Shown piece after piece: positions 9,354 through 17,833 of a stretch of DNA of 64,000 nucleotides. The notes below the pieces were generated by a model. The model worked only from the letters and a program-made list of their open reading frames with translations, was not told the origin of the DNA and ran no database searches. Numbering within the stretch: position 1 is the first letter of the stretch; each line of letters opens with the position of its first letter. The stretch is from a virus. A program made the translations under genes and the position numbers. The stretch lies in IMG/VR virus record IMGVR_UViG_3300046809_000507, positions 4,910-68,909 of that record, one strand, 5' to 3'.

Positions 9354-9438
9354 GCGCGGTCTGGCACTGACCGCGCCGCTGTCGCATGCCTGGCACTGGC
9401 TGACCGACGGCACCACAGACCCGGCACGGGTCGCCGTC
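9354..9438 (+). promoter_or_regulatory. Three GGCAC-loop hairpins in the capsid gene leader
   Basis: GCGCGGTC-TGGCACT-GACCGCGC; GCC-TGGCACT-GGC; GACGGC..GACCC-GGCAC-GGGTC-GCCGTC. Confidence 0.6.
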
Positions 9439-9471
9439 ATGCCCATTTGCCAACGAAAGGCAGGCTCGCTC

Positions 9472-10863
9472 ATGGACGAGCGACTGAAGCGGCTCATTGT
9501 TCGACGCGAGCAGGCCGCGAAGGACCGCGAGACTCTGATCTCGAAGCGGAAGGCCATCACCGACCTCGCCGAGGAGGAGGCCCGTGATGACCTCCTGCCC
9601 GAGGAGGACGCCGAGTTCCGCGAGCTGACCGCCCAGGTCAAGTCGAAGGACGAGGAGCTCCGCAGCTACGACGAGCGGATCGGCGAACTGTCGGAAGAGG
9701 GCGAGCGCGGCCGGCAGGTCACTGCCGGCGCCCTCGCGGTGAAGCGGGCTGCGGCCCGCGCCGAGTCCGTCACCGAGGCCCGCACCTACGAGCGCGGCAA
9801 CGGCCGCTCGTACCTGCAGGACCTGGCCCGCGTCCAGCTCAACATGGACGCGGACGGCGGCGCCCGCGAACGGCTCCAGCGCCACGCACAGGACGTGTCG
9901 ACGGGGCAGGAGTACCGCGACCTCAACCGCACGGACGGCAACGGCGGCTACGCCATTCCGCCGCTGTGGCTGATGAGCCAGTACGTCGAACTGGCCCGCG
10001 CGGGACGCGCCTACGCGAACGTCGTCAACAACCAGCCGCTGCCCGGCGGCACCGACTCCATCAACATCCCGAAGGTCGCCACCGGCACCGCCGCCGCCAT
10101 TCAGACGGCGGACAATGCGGCGGTGCAGGAGACAGATCTGACCGACACGTTCATCAACGCGCCGGTCCGCACCGTCGCCGGCCAGCAGGATGTCGCCATC
10201 CAGCTCCTCGACCAGTCGCCGGTCTCCTTCGACGAGGTCATCTTCCGGGACCTGGTCGCCGACTACGCGACGAAGACCGACCTCCAGGTCATCTCTGGCT
10301 CCGGATCGTCGGGCCAGGTGACGGGTGTCCGTGCCACTTCGGGTATCACCACGGTGACGTACACGGACGCCACGCCGACGATCGCGAAGCTCTACTCGAA
10401 GATCGCCGACGCGGTGCAGCGGGTCCACACCCTCCGCTTCATGGCCCCCACGGTCATCGTGATGCACCCGCGCCGGTGGGCGTACCTGCTCGCCGCCTCG
10501 GACTCCAACGGGCGCCCCCTGGTCGTCCCGGATGTGGGGAACCCGCAGAACGCGGTCGCCACGCTCGGCACGGTCGGTTCGCAGCAGGTCGTCGGCCAGA
10601 TGCACGGCCTGCCCGTCGTCACCGACCCGTCGATGCCGACCACGCTGGGTGCGGGCACGAACGAGGACGTGATCCACGTCCTGAGGGCGTCGGACATCCT
10701 GCTGTACGAGTCGGGCATCCGCTCCCGCGTGCTGCCCGATGTCGGCTCCGGCAACCTCACGGTTCGCCTGCAGGTGTACGGCTACCTCGCGTTCACGGCC
10801 GCCCGCTACCCGGCGAGCGTCGTGGAGATCGGCGGCACCGGCCTGGTCAGCCCGACGTTCTGA
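9472..10863 (+). CDS. Major capsid protein (HK97 fold, with N-terminal delta domain)
   Basis: Coiled-coil N-terminus, GGYAIPP, VMHPRRW, GLPVVTD. Confidence 0.95.
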   Translation: MDERLKRLIVRREQAAKDRETLISKRKAITDLAEEEARDDLLPEEDAEFRELTAQVKSKDEELRSYDERIGELSEEGERGRQVTAGALAVKRAAARAESVTEARTYERGNGRSYLQDLARVQLNMDADGGARERLQRHAQDVSTGQEYRDLNRTDGNGGYAIPPLWLMSQYVELARAGRAYANVVNNQPLPGGTDSINIPKVATGTAAAIQTADNAAVQETDLTDTFINAPVRTVAGQQDVAIQLLDQSPVSFDEVIFRDLVADYATKTDLQVISGSGSSGQVTGVRATSGITTVTYTDATPTIAKLYSKIADAVQRVHTLRFMAPTVIVMHPRRWAYLLAASDSNGRPLVVPDVGNPQNAVATLGTVGSQQVVGQMHGLPVVTDPSMPTTLGAGTNEDVIHVLRASDILLYESGIRSRVLPDVGSGNLTVRLQVYGYLAFTAARYPASVVEIGGTGLVSPTF

Positions 10864-10908
10864 TCACGGAAAGGGGCCGGACTGCGGTCCGGCCCCCGCG
10901 GGGGTGTC

Positions 10909-11409
10909 ATGCAGGACGAGAAGCAGTTCACGCCGCACGCCGAACTCGGCTGGCTGTCGTGGGACGAATGGTCGCCGGAGCAGGACTTCTGCCGCTTCGT
11001 CGGCATGCTCCAGCGGATGCTGCAGCCTGCGGTCGTCGTCGAGACCGGCGTCGGCGTGGGCCGCATCACCGAGCACCTGGATCTCGACGCGTGCCAGTTC
11101 TTCGGGTTCGAGTCAGATCCCGCATGGCGTCGGCCGCCAGCCGACCCCGAGCTGGCGACGCCGAGTTGGCTGCACATGACGAGCGCCGACCTGGTGATCC
11201 TCGACTCGGAGCCGGACGTCAGGTTCGCCGAGCTCGAACTGTGGGCGGAGCACGGCAAGGCGGGCTCCGTCGTCGTGGTCCATGACGCAGGCAACGGCCA
11301 CGATGCGGCGACACTGCATTCCCGGATCGGCTTCGCGTGCGCCAGCACCAGCCTGCCGGGTGTCTTCCTGAAGAATCCGCGCGGCGGTTGGATGGGGGTG
11401 CATCCGTGA
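10909..11409 (+). CDS. Class I SAM-dependent methyltransferase-like protein
   Basis: VVVETGVGVG motif I, LVILDS, VVVHD. Confidence 0.75.
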   Translation: MQDEKQFTPHAELGWLSWDEWSPEQDFCRFVGMLQRMLQPAVVVETGVGVGRITEHLDLDACQFFGFESDPAWRRPPADPELATPSWLHMTSADLVILDSEPDVRFAELELWAEHGKAGSVVVVHDAGNGHDAATLHSRIGFACASTSLPGVFLKNPRGGWMGVHP

Positions 11410-12092
11410 GGATCATCGGTCTGCTGTCCTGGTATGAGGAGCCCGCCTCGTGGCTCGCCGAATGCGTGGCCAGCGCGGCACGCCTGTGTGACCACCTGAT
11501 CGCGGTGGATGGGCCCTACGCCCTCTTCCCGGGCGCCACCCGCAAGCCGGCCTCGGGTTCGGAGCAAGCGGAGACGATCACACACACTGCGGCCGGCGCC
11601 GGGATGGGCTGCACCATCCATACCCCGCGGCAGCCGTGGTGGGGCAACGAGGTGGAGAAGCGGGACTTCATGTTCCGTCTCGGTTCGACGGTGGCAGAGC
11701 CGGGGGACTGGTTCCTGCGGATCGACGCGGACGAGGTTCTCACGCAAGTCCCCACCGATACGCGGACGCTGCTCGCGGCGACGACGCTGGACGTCGCCGA
11801 GGTCACCATGTGGGAGCGGGATGACCTCGACTCCCAGTTCCCGCTGCGTGCCCTGTTCCGTGCCCTCCCGGGTATCGGCATCCAGCAGGCCCACTACGTG
11901 GTGACCGTGCCCGGCGAATCGGGAACGCGCGTGCTGTGCGGCAACGACCTGAAGCACCGCGCCGAGCACGCCGAGGCGCTGTGGGACGTGCGCATGGAGC
12001 ACCGGACGAAGCAGCGTTCGCCGCTGCGTAGGCGACTCAAAGACGACTACTACTCGAAGCTGCCCGAGATCGAGCAGGTGAGGGAGCTATGA
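11406..12092 (+). CDS. GT2-like glycosyltransferase
   Basis: GTGA overlap; SWYEE...LIAVDG...DWFLRIDADE (DxD). Confidence 0.78.
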   Translation: MRIIGLLSWYEEPASWLAECVASAARLCDHLIAVDGPYALFPGATRKPASGSEQAETITHTAAGAGMGCTIHTPRQPWWGNEVEKRDFMFRLGSTVAEPGDWFLRIDADEVLTQVPTDTRTLLAATTLDVAEVTMWERDDLDSQFPLRALFRALPGIGIQQAHYVVTVPGESGTRVLCGNDLKHRAEHAEALWDVRMEHRTKQRSPLRRRLKDDYYSKLPEIEQVREL

Positions 12093-12358
12093 CGAGCATC
12101 GACGAACGCTACAAGAACGCCCTGATCGAAGAGCACGCCTCCTACGCGGGAGCCGGTCGCGCCAAGGATGCTGCAGAGGTCGCCAGGGTCCTGAAGGCGC
12201 AGTACGGGCACGACGTCTCGGACACGAGCGACGACCCCGGGGGCGACAAGGCGCCCGAGAAGGCCGACGCCGAAAAAGCGCCGGAGAACACGGCGGAGCC
12301 GAAGCCTCGCCGCACCGGACGCCCGAAGGCGGCCTCGGACGAGAAGCCCAACGGCTGA
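12089..12358 (+). CDS. Small head-associated protein
   Basis: ATGA overlap; charged tail typical of genes following the capsid gene. Confidence 0.65.
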   Translation: MTSIDERYKNALIEEHASYAGAGRAKDAAEVARVLKAQYGHDVSDTSDDPGGDKAPEKADAEKAPENTAEPKPRRTGRPKAASDEKPNG

Positions 12359-12465
12359 TGGATGCCCAGGTGTTCATCCTGACCGTAGAGGCGTCGGGCG
12401 AGGTCACCCCCGCATCCGACCGCGAGGCTGCCGAGGTCAACGAACCCGAGGAGGCCGAGCGATGA
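12358..12465 (+). CDS. 35-aa hypothetical peptide (MDAQVFILTVEASGEVTP...)
   Basis: Coupled by overlaps at both ends. Confidence 0.55.
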   Translation: MDAQVFILTVEASGEVTPASDREAAEVNEPEEAER

Positions 12466-12869
12466 CCGCAGGACTCGCCCCCGGCCTCGTCTCCGGCTGG
12501 CTCAATACGCAGCGGACCACCGGCAACGGCGGCGCTGCATACTCGGCCGTCGCGGGCACGTTCGTGCAGCTCCACACCGGAGACCCGGGTGCGGCTGGTA
12601 CCTCCAATGTGTCCGTTGGTTCCACCACCCGGAACTCCTTCATCTTCTCCAGTTCGTCATCGGGCTCGGCGTTGTCGCTGGGCACTCCACCGTCGGCATG
12701 GACGAACGGCGGCACCAGCGAAACGCTCACCCACATCTCCGTGTGGACAGCGTCGACGGCCGGGACCTTTCTGTTCTCAGTGGCGCTGACGGCGTCGAAA
12801 GCCTGGGCCTCGGGGGACACGTTCACCCAGAACACGCTCGGAATGTCGCTCGGGGTGCAGGCGGCGTAA
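12462..12869 (+). CDS. Virion structural protein (fiber/decoration-like)
   Basis: VQLHTGDPG...THISVWTASTAGTFL. Confidence 0.75.
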   Translation: MTAGLAPGLVSGWLNTQRTTGNGGAAYSAVAGTFVQLHTGDPGAAGTSNVSVGSTTRNSFIFSSSSSGSALSLGTPPSAWTNGGTSETLTHISVWTASTAGTFLFSVALTASKAWASGDTFTQNTLGMSLGVQAA

Positions 12870-12889
12870 CGCCCTGACGGGGAGGGCTC

Positions 12890-14086
12890 ATGACGACCTT
12901 CACCGACGACTTCAACCGCTCCAACGGCGCCCCCGGAGCCAACTGGGCCGACGGGACCGGCCTCTGGGCCATCGTCTCCAACCAGCTCTCGTCGGGGGCC
13001 GCCGGCGGAACAATCGTCATCCGTGCCGTCACCGCGATGGCCACGAACGACAACTCGGCGCAGGTTACGATCGCCGCCACCGCAGCCGTCAGCCACGGCA
13101 TCTGGTGCCGCGGAAATGCCGGTTTCACGCAGGGCTATCTCTGGCGCAACGACGGCGCCTCGTGGACTCTCTTCAGCGTCGTCGGCGGTAGCTTCACCTC
13201 GATCGGCTCCTTCGCCGCAGCAGCCGTCGCGGGCGACGTCATGAAAGTCCAGGCCGTCGGCAGCACCATCAAGGGCTTCGTCAACGGGGTCCAGCGCGTC
13301 TCCGTCACCGACACTGCAGTCGCGACCGGCACCAGCGTCGGCCTCCGCGCCGAATCCACCAACTCGCTCCGCTTCGACGACTTCACCGCGGCAGACGTCA
13401 CCAGCGGCGTCACGGGTGACGCCACGCTCTCGGGTGCCGCCTCACTGTCCGCGAGCGGCGTGCGGGCCACCAGCGGCGCCTCCTCGCTGGCCGCGACAGC
13501 AAGTCTGACGGCCGCGGGCCAGCGCGCCGCGGCGGGCGATTCCGTTCTGGCGGCCACAGCCGGACTGACTGCGAGCGGCCAGCGAGCCACTAGCGGCAAC
13601 GCGGGCCTGACCGCCACAGCAGGCCTGACGGCCGACGGCGTCCGAGGAACCTCCGGGGGTGTCAGCCTCGGCGTTACCGCAGGGCTGACGGCGGACGGTG
13701 TCCGAGGCGCGGCCGGATCGGCTGCCCTCGCCGTGGCGGCGTCTCTCACGGCGTCGGGAGTGGTGGTCACCAGCGGGACGGGTGACGCGACGCTCACCGT
13801 CACCGCGACTCTCGCGGCAGCTGGCTCGGTCGGCCGCCGCCTTGACGCATCACTCACGGGCACGGCCGCTCTGGTGGCTGCCGGAGCGATCGGAACCGCA
13901 TCCGGCGGCAGCTTGGCCGTCACCGCCAGCCTGCATGCCTCCGGGCAGGTCGCCGGCGCGATCGTCCGTGGCAGTGCGCGGCGAGGAGCAGGAGTCCAAC
14001 CAGGGGCCCGCCGTGGAGAACCGGCCGGGCCTCGGGCGCGGCGCGCAGAGCCGGCCGTACCGACAGCGAGGGGAGGAGCCCAGTGA
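12890..14086 (+). CDS. Fiber-like protein: N-terminal beta-sandwich/lectin-like domain plus about 19-aa Ala/Ser/Thr/Gly repeats
   Basis: FTDDFNR...FDDF domain, then repeated A-S/G-L-T-A-x-G units. Confidence 0.75.
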   Translation: MTTFTDDFNRSNGAPGANWADGTGLWAIVSNQLSSGAAGGTIVIRAVTAMATNDNSAQVTIAATAAVSHGIWCRGNAGFTQGYLWRNDGASWTLFSVVGGSFTSIGSFAAAAVAGDVMKVQAVGSTIKGFVNGVQRVSVTDTAVATGTSVGLRAESTNSLRFDDFTAADVTSGVTGDATLSGAASLSASGVRATSGASSLAATASLTAAGQRAAAGDSVLAATAGLTASGQRATSGNAGLTATAGLTADGVRGTSGGVSLGVTAGLTADGVRGAAGSAALAVAASLTASGVVVTSGTGDATLTVTATLAAAGSVGRRLDASLTGTAALVAAGAIGTASGGSLAVTASLHASGQVAGAIVRGSARRGAGVQPGARRGEPAGPRARRAEPAVPTARGGAQ

Positions 14087-14889
14087 TCGACCTCGGAGCC
14101 GTGTACCAGGTGGCCGTCGACGTCGCCGACGCGTCGGGTACTCCCACGAACCCGTCCTCCGCTGACCTCACGATCATCCTGCCGGACGGGACGACGGTCA
14201 GCCCGGGTGTTCCGGCGCCGACGACCACGGGGCAGGTGCGCGTCGACTACGTGACGGCTCAGGCTGGCCAGCATGTGTGGCGGCTCGTCACCAGCGGTCC
14301 GACGACTGCGTATGCGGACGTCTTCGACGTTCAGCCGGCCGCCCCGGACAGCATCGTCTCCCTCGCCGAGGCACGCGCCCACCTCAACATGGGGCCGACG
14401 GAGACGGCGGACGACGACGAGTTGCGCAGTTTCGTCGCTGCGGCGACGCGGGCTGTGGAGCGCGCGCTGGGCCGGAAGGTCGTCCGTAGGACGGTGACGG
14501 ACCGGTTCTTCTTCTCCGGCCCGGAGCAGCAACTGCTGCTCCGGAACGTGCCGGTGCTGTCACTCACGTCCGCGGTCTCGGCCGACGGCGCCACGACATG
14601 GAACGTCGCCGACCTGCGGCCCGATGTCGAGAGCGGCTACGTCACGGTCGTCTCCGGCCCCGCCCTTACCGGCATCGTCGACTTCACGTACCAGGTCGGA
14701 ATGGTCGTCGTCCCGGATGACTACCGCCTCGCCGCGAAGATCATCATTCAGCATCTATGGGAGACGCAGCGCGGCACCATGGGTGTCCAGCTCGGCGGCG
14801 ATGACGAGCACTACATGGCGGGCCGCGGCTTCGCGATCCCCCGCCGTGCTCTGGAACTCCTGGATACGCAACTGCCGGGGGTGGCGTGA
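14083..14889 (+). CDS. Head-tail connector (gp6-like) with an N-terminal Ig-like domain
   Basis: IVSLAEARAHLN...DDDEL...HLWETQRG. Confidence 0.85.
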   Translation: MIDLGAVYQVAVDVADASGTPTNPSSADLTIILPDGTTVSPGVPAPTTTGQVRVDYVTAQAGQHVWRLVTSGPTTAYADVFDVQPAAPDSIVSLAEARAHLNMGPTETADDDELRSFVAAATRAVERALGRKVVRRTVTDRFFFSGPEQQLLLRNVPVLSLTSAVSADGATTWNVADLRPDVESGYVTVVSGPALTGIVDFTYQVGMVVVPDDYRLAAKIIIQHLWETQRGTMGVQLGGDDEHYMAGRGFAIPRRALELLDTQLPGVA

Positions 14890-15347
14890 TGGCGTGGACC
14901 TCGAAACTCCCGGTCGCGATGGACGCCCTGGTGGCCGCGCTTACGGACTGGCCCGGACTGTCCGGCGTGACAGTGCGGGACGGTCCGTCGACGTCACAGG
15001 CGACTCTGCAGGAGATCGTGTCGGTCGGCTACACCGGCGAGGACGGGACAGACGCCGAGTCCACCCTGCTGACCGAAGGCATGGGCGGCTCGATCGACCG
15101 CGAGCAGTTCACCATCCGTTGCGCCACGGCGGTCCTGATCGGCGGGGACGGTGTTTCCGGCGCCCGGCGGCGCGCCTATGAGCTGCTCACCGAGGCCGGT
15201 GCAGCTATCGCAGCGAACCGGCAGCTCGGCGGCAGCGTCATGCGGGCCATGATCTCGTCACACAGTCTGGCGATGGATCAGACGCCCAAGGGCGCGCAGG
15301 CGGTCGTGATGTTCGAGGTGTCCTGCGACGCCTACAGCGGAGGCTGA
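14889..15347 (+). CDS. Tail terminator/completion protein
   Basis: Position and size in the neck gene block. Confidence 0.65.
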   Translation: MAWTSKLPVAMDALVAALTDWPGLSGVTVRDGPSTSQATLQEIVSVGYTGEDGTDAESTLLTEGMGGSIDREQFTIRCATAVLIGGDGVSGARRRAYELLTEAGAAIAANRQLGGSVMRAMISSHSLAMDQTPKGAQAVVMFEVSCDAYSGG

Positions 15348-15571
15348 CCCGGCGCATTCTCGGGGCGCCGCTTGTAGGCGTTGGCGACGCCGACGATGGC
15401 CCACAGCGCCTGGAACCCGAACAGAGCGTGGAACCAGCTCGGGGCGCCGGAAAGCGTGCCCCAGACGGTGAACGCGATGACCGTCATCCCGCCACTGAAG
15501 ATCAGCAGCCATGCCCACGCCTTGCCGACCCCAGCAGGTTCCGCCTGGTCCTTGGTGTCGTCGATATCCAC
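15332..15571 (-). CDS. Small two-TM membrane protein, antisense within the tail operon
   Basis: GTG start with AGGGG RBS; two hydrophobic helices. Confidence 0.6.
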   Translation of the reverse strand: MDIDDTKDQAEPAGVGKAWAWLLIFSGGMTVIAFTVWGTLSGAPSWFHALFGFQALWAIVGVANAYKRRPENAPGQPPL

Positions 15572-15651
15572 GATCGTCCCCCTGTGCGCTCTAGGCGCGG
15601 ATCGTCCCATTCCCCGCTAGCCGGGTCAACGAAATCGACAAGGAGAAGCGG

Positions 15652-15990
15652 ATGACCGCGCTCGTCACGCAAGTCGTGCCCAACGTCGGGCTCGACATTG
15701 CCACTCTGCCCGTCGCCGCCACGAACGGCGACACCGCCGCGTGTGGCAGCGGCACCTTCCTCTACGTCAAGAACGGCAACGCCGCAGCCTGCACGGTCAC
15801 CCTGACCACGCCGGGGCAGGTCGACGGCCGACTCGCCATCGCCGACAGCACGTTCATCGTCGCCGCAACCACCGGGATCGGGGTCATCCCGCTCCCCGCC
15901 AGCCTGTACGCCGACCCGACGACCGGGCTGGCCACCATCACCTACTCGGTCACCTCCACCGTGACGGTCGCGGTGGTGAGGGTCCCGTGA
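15652..15990 (+). CDS. Virion structural protein
   Basis: RBS aggag; beta-rich, LYVKNG motif. Confidence 0.7.
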   Translation: MTALVTQVVPNVGLDIATLPVAATNGDTAACGSGTFLYVKNGNAAACTVTLTTPGQVDGRLAIADSTFIVAATTGIGVIPLPASLYADPTTGLATITYSVTSTVTVAVVRVP

Positions 15991-16280
15991 GCGACGTGAT
16001 CGTCATGCGGCACCCGACGCTGCCGGACCGCCAGGAGATCGAAGTCCCCCGCGACGCCATGCCGCACTACACGTCGGCGGGCTGGCAGCTCGTACCGCAG
16101 AAGGAGCTCGACGAGCGAGCGGCCCTGAAGGCGCAGGCCGAAGCCGAGGCTGCCGCTGCGGCGTCGGGCGAGGTCACGGAAACCGCAGACGAGCCGGAGC
16201 AGTCGGAGCCGGCGGAACCCACAGAGAAGCCGGCGCGGTCGCGCGTCAAGGCGTCCGAGAAGAAGACCGAGGAGAGCTGA
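15987..16280 (+). CDS. Hypothetical virion-region protein
   Basis: GTGA overlap; MRHPTL...GW motif. Confidence 0.65.
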   Translation: MSDVIVMRHPTLPDRQEIEVPRDAMPHYTSAGWQLVPQKELDERAALKAQAEAEAAAAASGEVTETADEPEQSEPAEPTEKPARSRVKASEKKTEES

Positions 16281-16281
16281 C

Positions 16282-16761
16282 ATGGTCGCCACGCCGATCG
16301 CCGCCACTTCCCGCTACATCCCGCCGGGCACGACCCGCTACTACTGGGTTGCGACCATCGCGAACAAGAACAGTCCGACACGTTCCGAGCTGAACGCCGG
16401 GTCCGACCTCACGGCGGAGATCGCCGCCGTGTCCGGGTTCGCGACCAACTCGGACCAGCAGGACACCCCGGACCTCGGCTCCCGGTTCGTGTCGAAGATC
16501 CCGGGGCGCATCACGGCGGACGACTCCAGCATCACGCTGTACCTGTCGTCGACGTCGTCGGACGTGCGGACGCTGCTCCCGCGCGACACGGCGGGCTTCG
16601 TCTGCATCTTCCCCGAGGGTGACACGGCGGGCCTGAAGTACGACGTCTTCCCCGTCAAGGTCACCGGGCAGCCGAAGGCCAGGGACGTCGAGAACCCGGC
16701 GCAGATCACCATCCAGTTCTCGGTGACCAGCATCCCGGTCGAGAACATCACGGTGCCGTAA
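16282..16761 (+). CDS. Major tail (tube) protein
   Basis: PTRSELNAGSDLT...TPDLGSRFVSKIPGR. Confidence 0.85.
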   Translation: MVATPIAATSRYIPPGTTRYYWVATIANKNSPTRSELNAGSDLTAEIAAVSGFATNSDQQDTPDLGSRFVSKIPGRITADDSSITLYLSSTSSDVRTLLPRDTAGFVCIFPEGDTAGLKYDVFPVKVTGQPKARDVENPAQITIQFSVTSIPVENITVP

Positions 16762-17240
16762 TGCGTGGCGAGTGGGGGTTGCGTCACGGGAACGACCTGC
16801 GGCGCATCTCCCGCGAGCTGCGCGGCATCGACAACAAGGAGATCAAGAAGCGGTTCACCAAGGAACTCCGGGCAGCCGCCAAGCCGCTCGTCCCCGTGGT
16901 CCGCAACTCGATCCGGTCCATCCCGTCGAGCCGCGCCTACAGCCCGACCGGGCTGCGAGGGAACCTGGCCCGCGCCACGAAGCTCGAAGTCCGCACTGTC
17001 GGCAAGCAGGCGGGCATCGCGATCCGCGTCGACGGCCGCAAGATGCCCACCCACATGAAGGGTCTCCCGAAGGCCGTGGAGGGCACGAAGCGTTGGCGGC
17101 ACCCCGTCTTCGGCCACCGCGAAGTGTGGGTCAACCAGCCGAAACAGCCCTACTTCTTCCACGTCGTGCGACCGCTGGGACCGGCCTCCCGCAAGGCCGT
17201 CAACCGCGTCCTCGACGGCATCTCACGAGACATCCGCTAG
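16761..17240 (+). CDS. Basic neck/tail-completion protein (HK97 gp10-like)
   Basis: Arg/Lys-rich; WRHPVFG...QPYF. Confidence 0.65.
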   Translation: MRGEWGLRHGNDLRRISRELRGIDNKEIKKRFTKELRAAAKPLVPVVRNSIRSIPSSRAYSPTGLRGNLARATKLEVRTVGKQAGIAIRVDGRKMPTHMKGLPKAVEGTKRWRHPVFGHREVWVNQPKQPYFFHVVRPLGPASRKAVNRVLDGISRDIR

Positions 17241-17247
17241 GAGAATC

Positions 17248-17712
17248 ATGGCCCTGTCCCGCGACGGCATCCTCGGAGCCGACGACATTCAGGTCGAGAA
17301 GGTCGACGTCCCCGAGTGGGACGGCACCGTCCTCATCCGCGGCCTGACCGGCGAAGAGCGCGACGCCTACGAGTCCTCGCTCCGCCAGATCCGCAACGCG
17401 GGTACGCCGCAACAGGAACTCGTCATCGTCCAGCTCAACGCCCGCGCCAACCTGCTGGTCAAGTGCCTCGTCGACGAGAGCGGCGAGCGCGTCTTCACCG
17501 ACCGCGACGCTCCCGCCCTCGGCGCGAAGAACGGCCGCATCATCGACCGGCTGTACGACGTTGCGACCCGCCTGTCCGGCCTGAGCGACGAGGCGGCCCA
17601 GGAGATCGAGGGAAACTCCGACGGGGCGAGCGAAGGTTCTACTTCCTCCTCGCCCGAGAGCTCGGATGCACCGTCGCCGAGCTCCTACGACGTATCAGCT
17701 CCCGCGAACTGA
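17248..17712 (+). CDS. Tail assembly chaperone G
   Basis: VPEW.G.V.IRGL motif; precedes the tape measure gene. Confidence 0.85.
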   Translation: MALSRDGILGADDIQVEKVDVPEWDGTVLIRGLTGEERDAYESSLRQIRNAGTPQQELVIVQLNARANLLVKCLVDESGERVFTDRDAPALGAKNGRIIDRLYDVATRLSGLSDEAAQEIEGNSDGASEGSTSSSPESSDAPSPSSYDVSAPAN

Positions 17713-17798
17713 CCGAGTGGGAAGCGTTCTACCGCATCGAGGACGAGGAACGCGAAGCCGCCGAGAAAGAGGCTGCTGAGCCCCGCCATCGCAACTGA
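17248..17798 (+). CDS. Tail assembly chaperone GT, made by -1 frameshift at GGGAAAC (17610-17616)
   Basis: G GGA AAC slippery site; -1 frame reads LARELGCTVAELLRRISSRELTEWEAFY. Confidence 0.85.
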
Positions 17799-17833
17799 CC
17801 GTGACCGACCACCCGTGAGTGAGGGGAGGCGTC

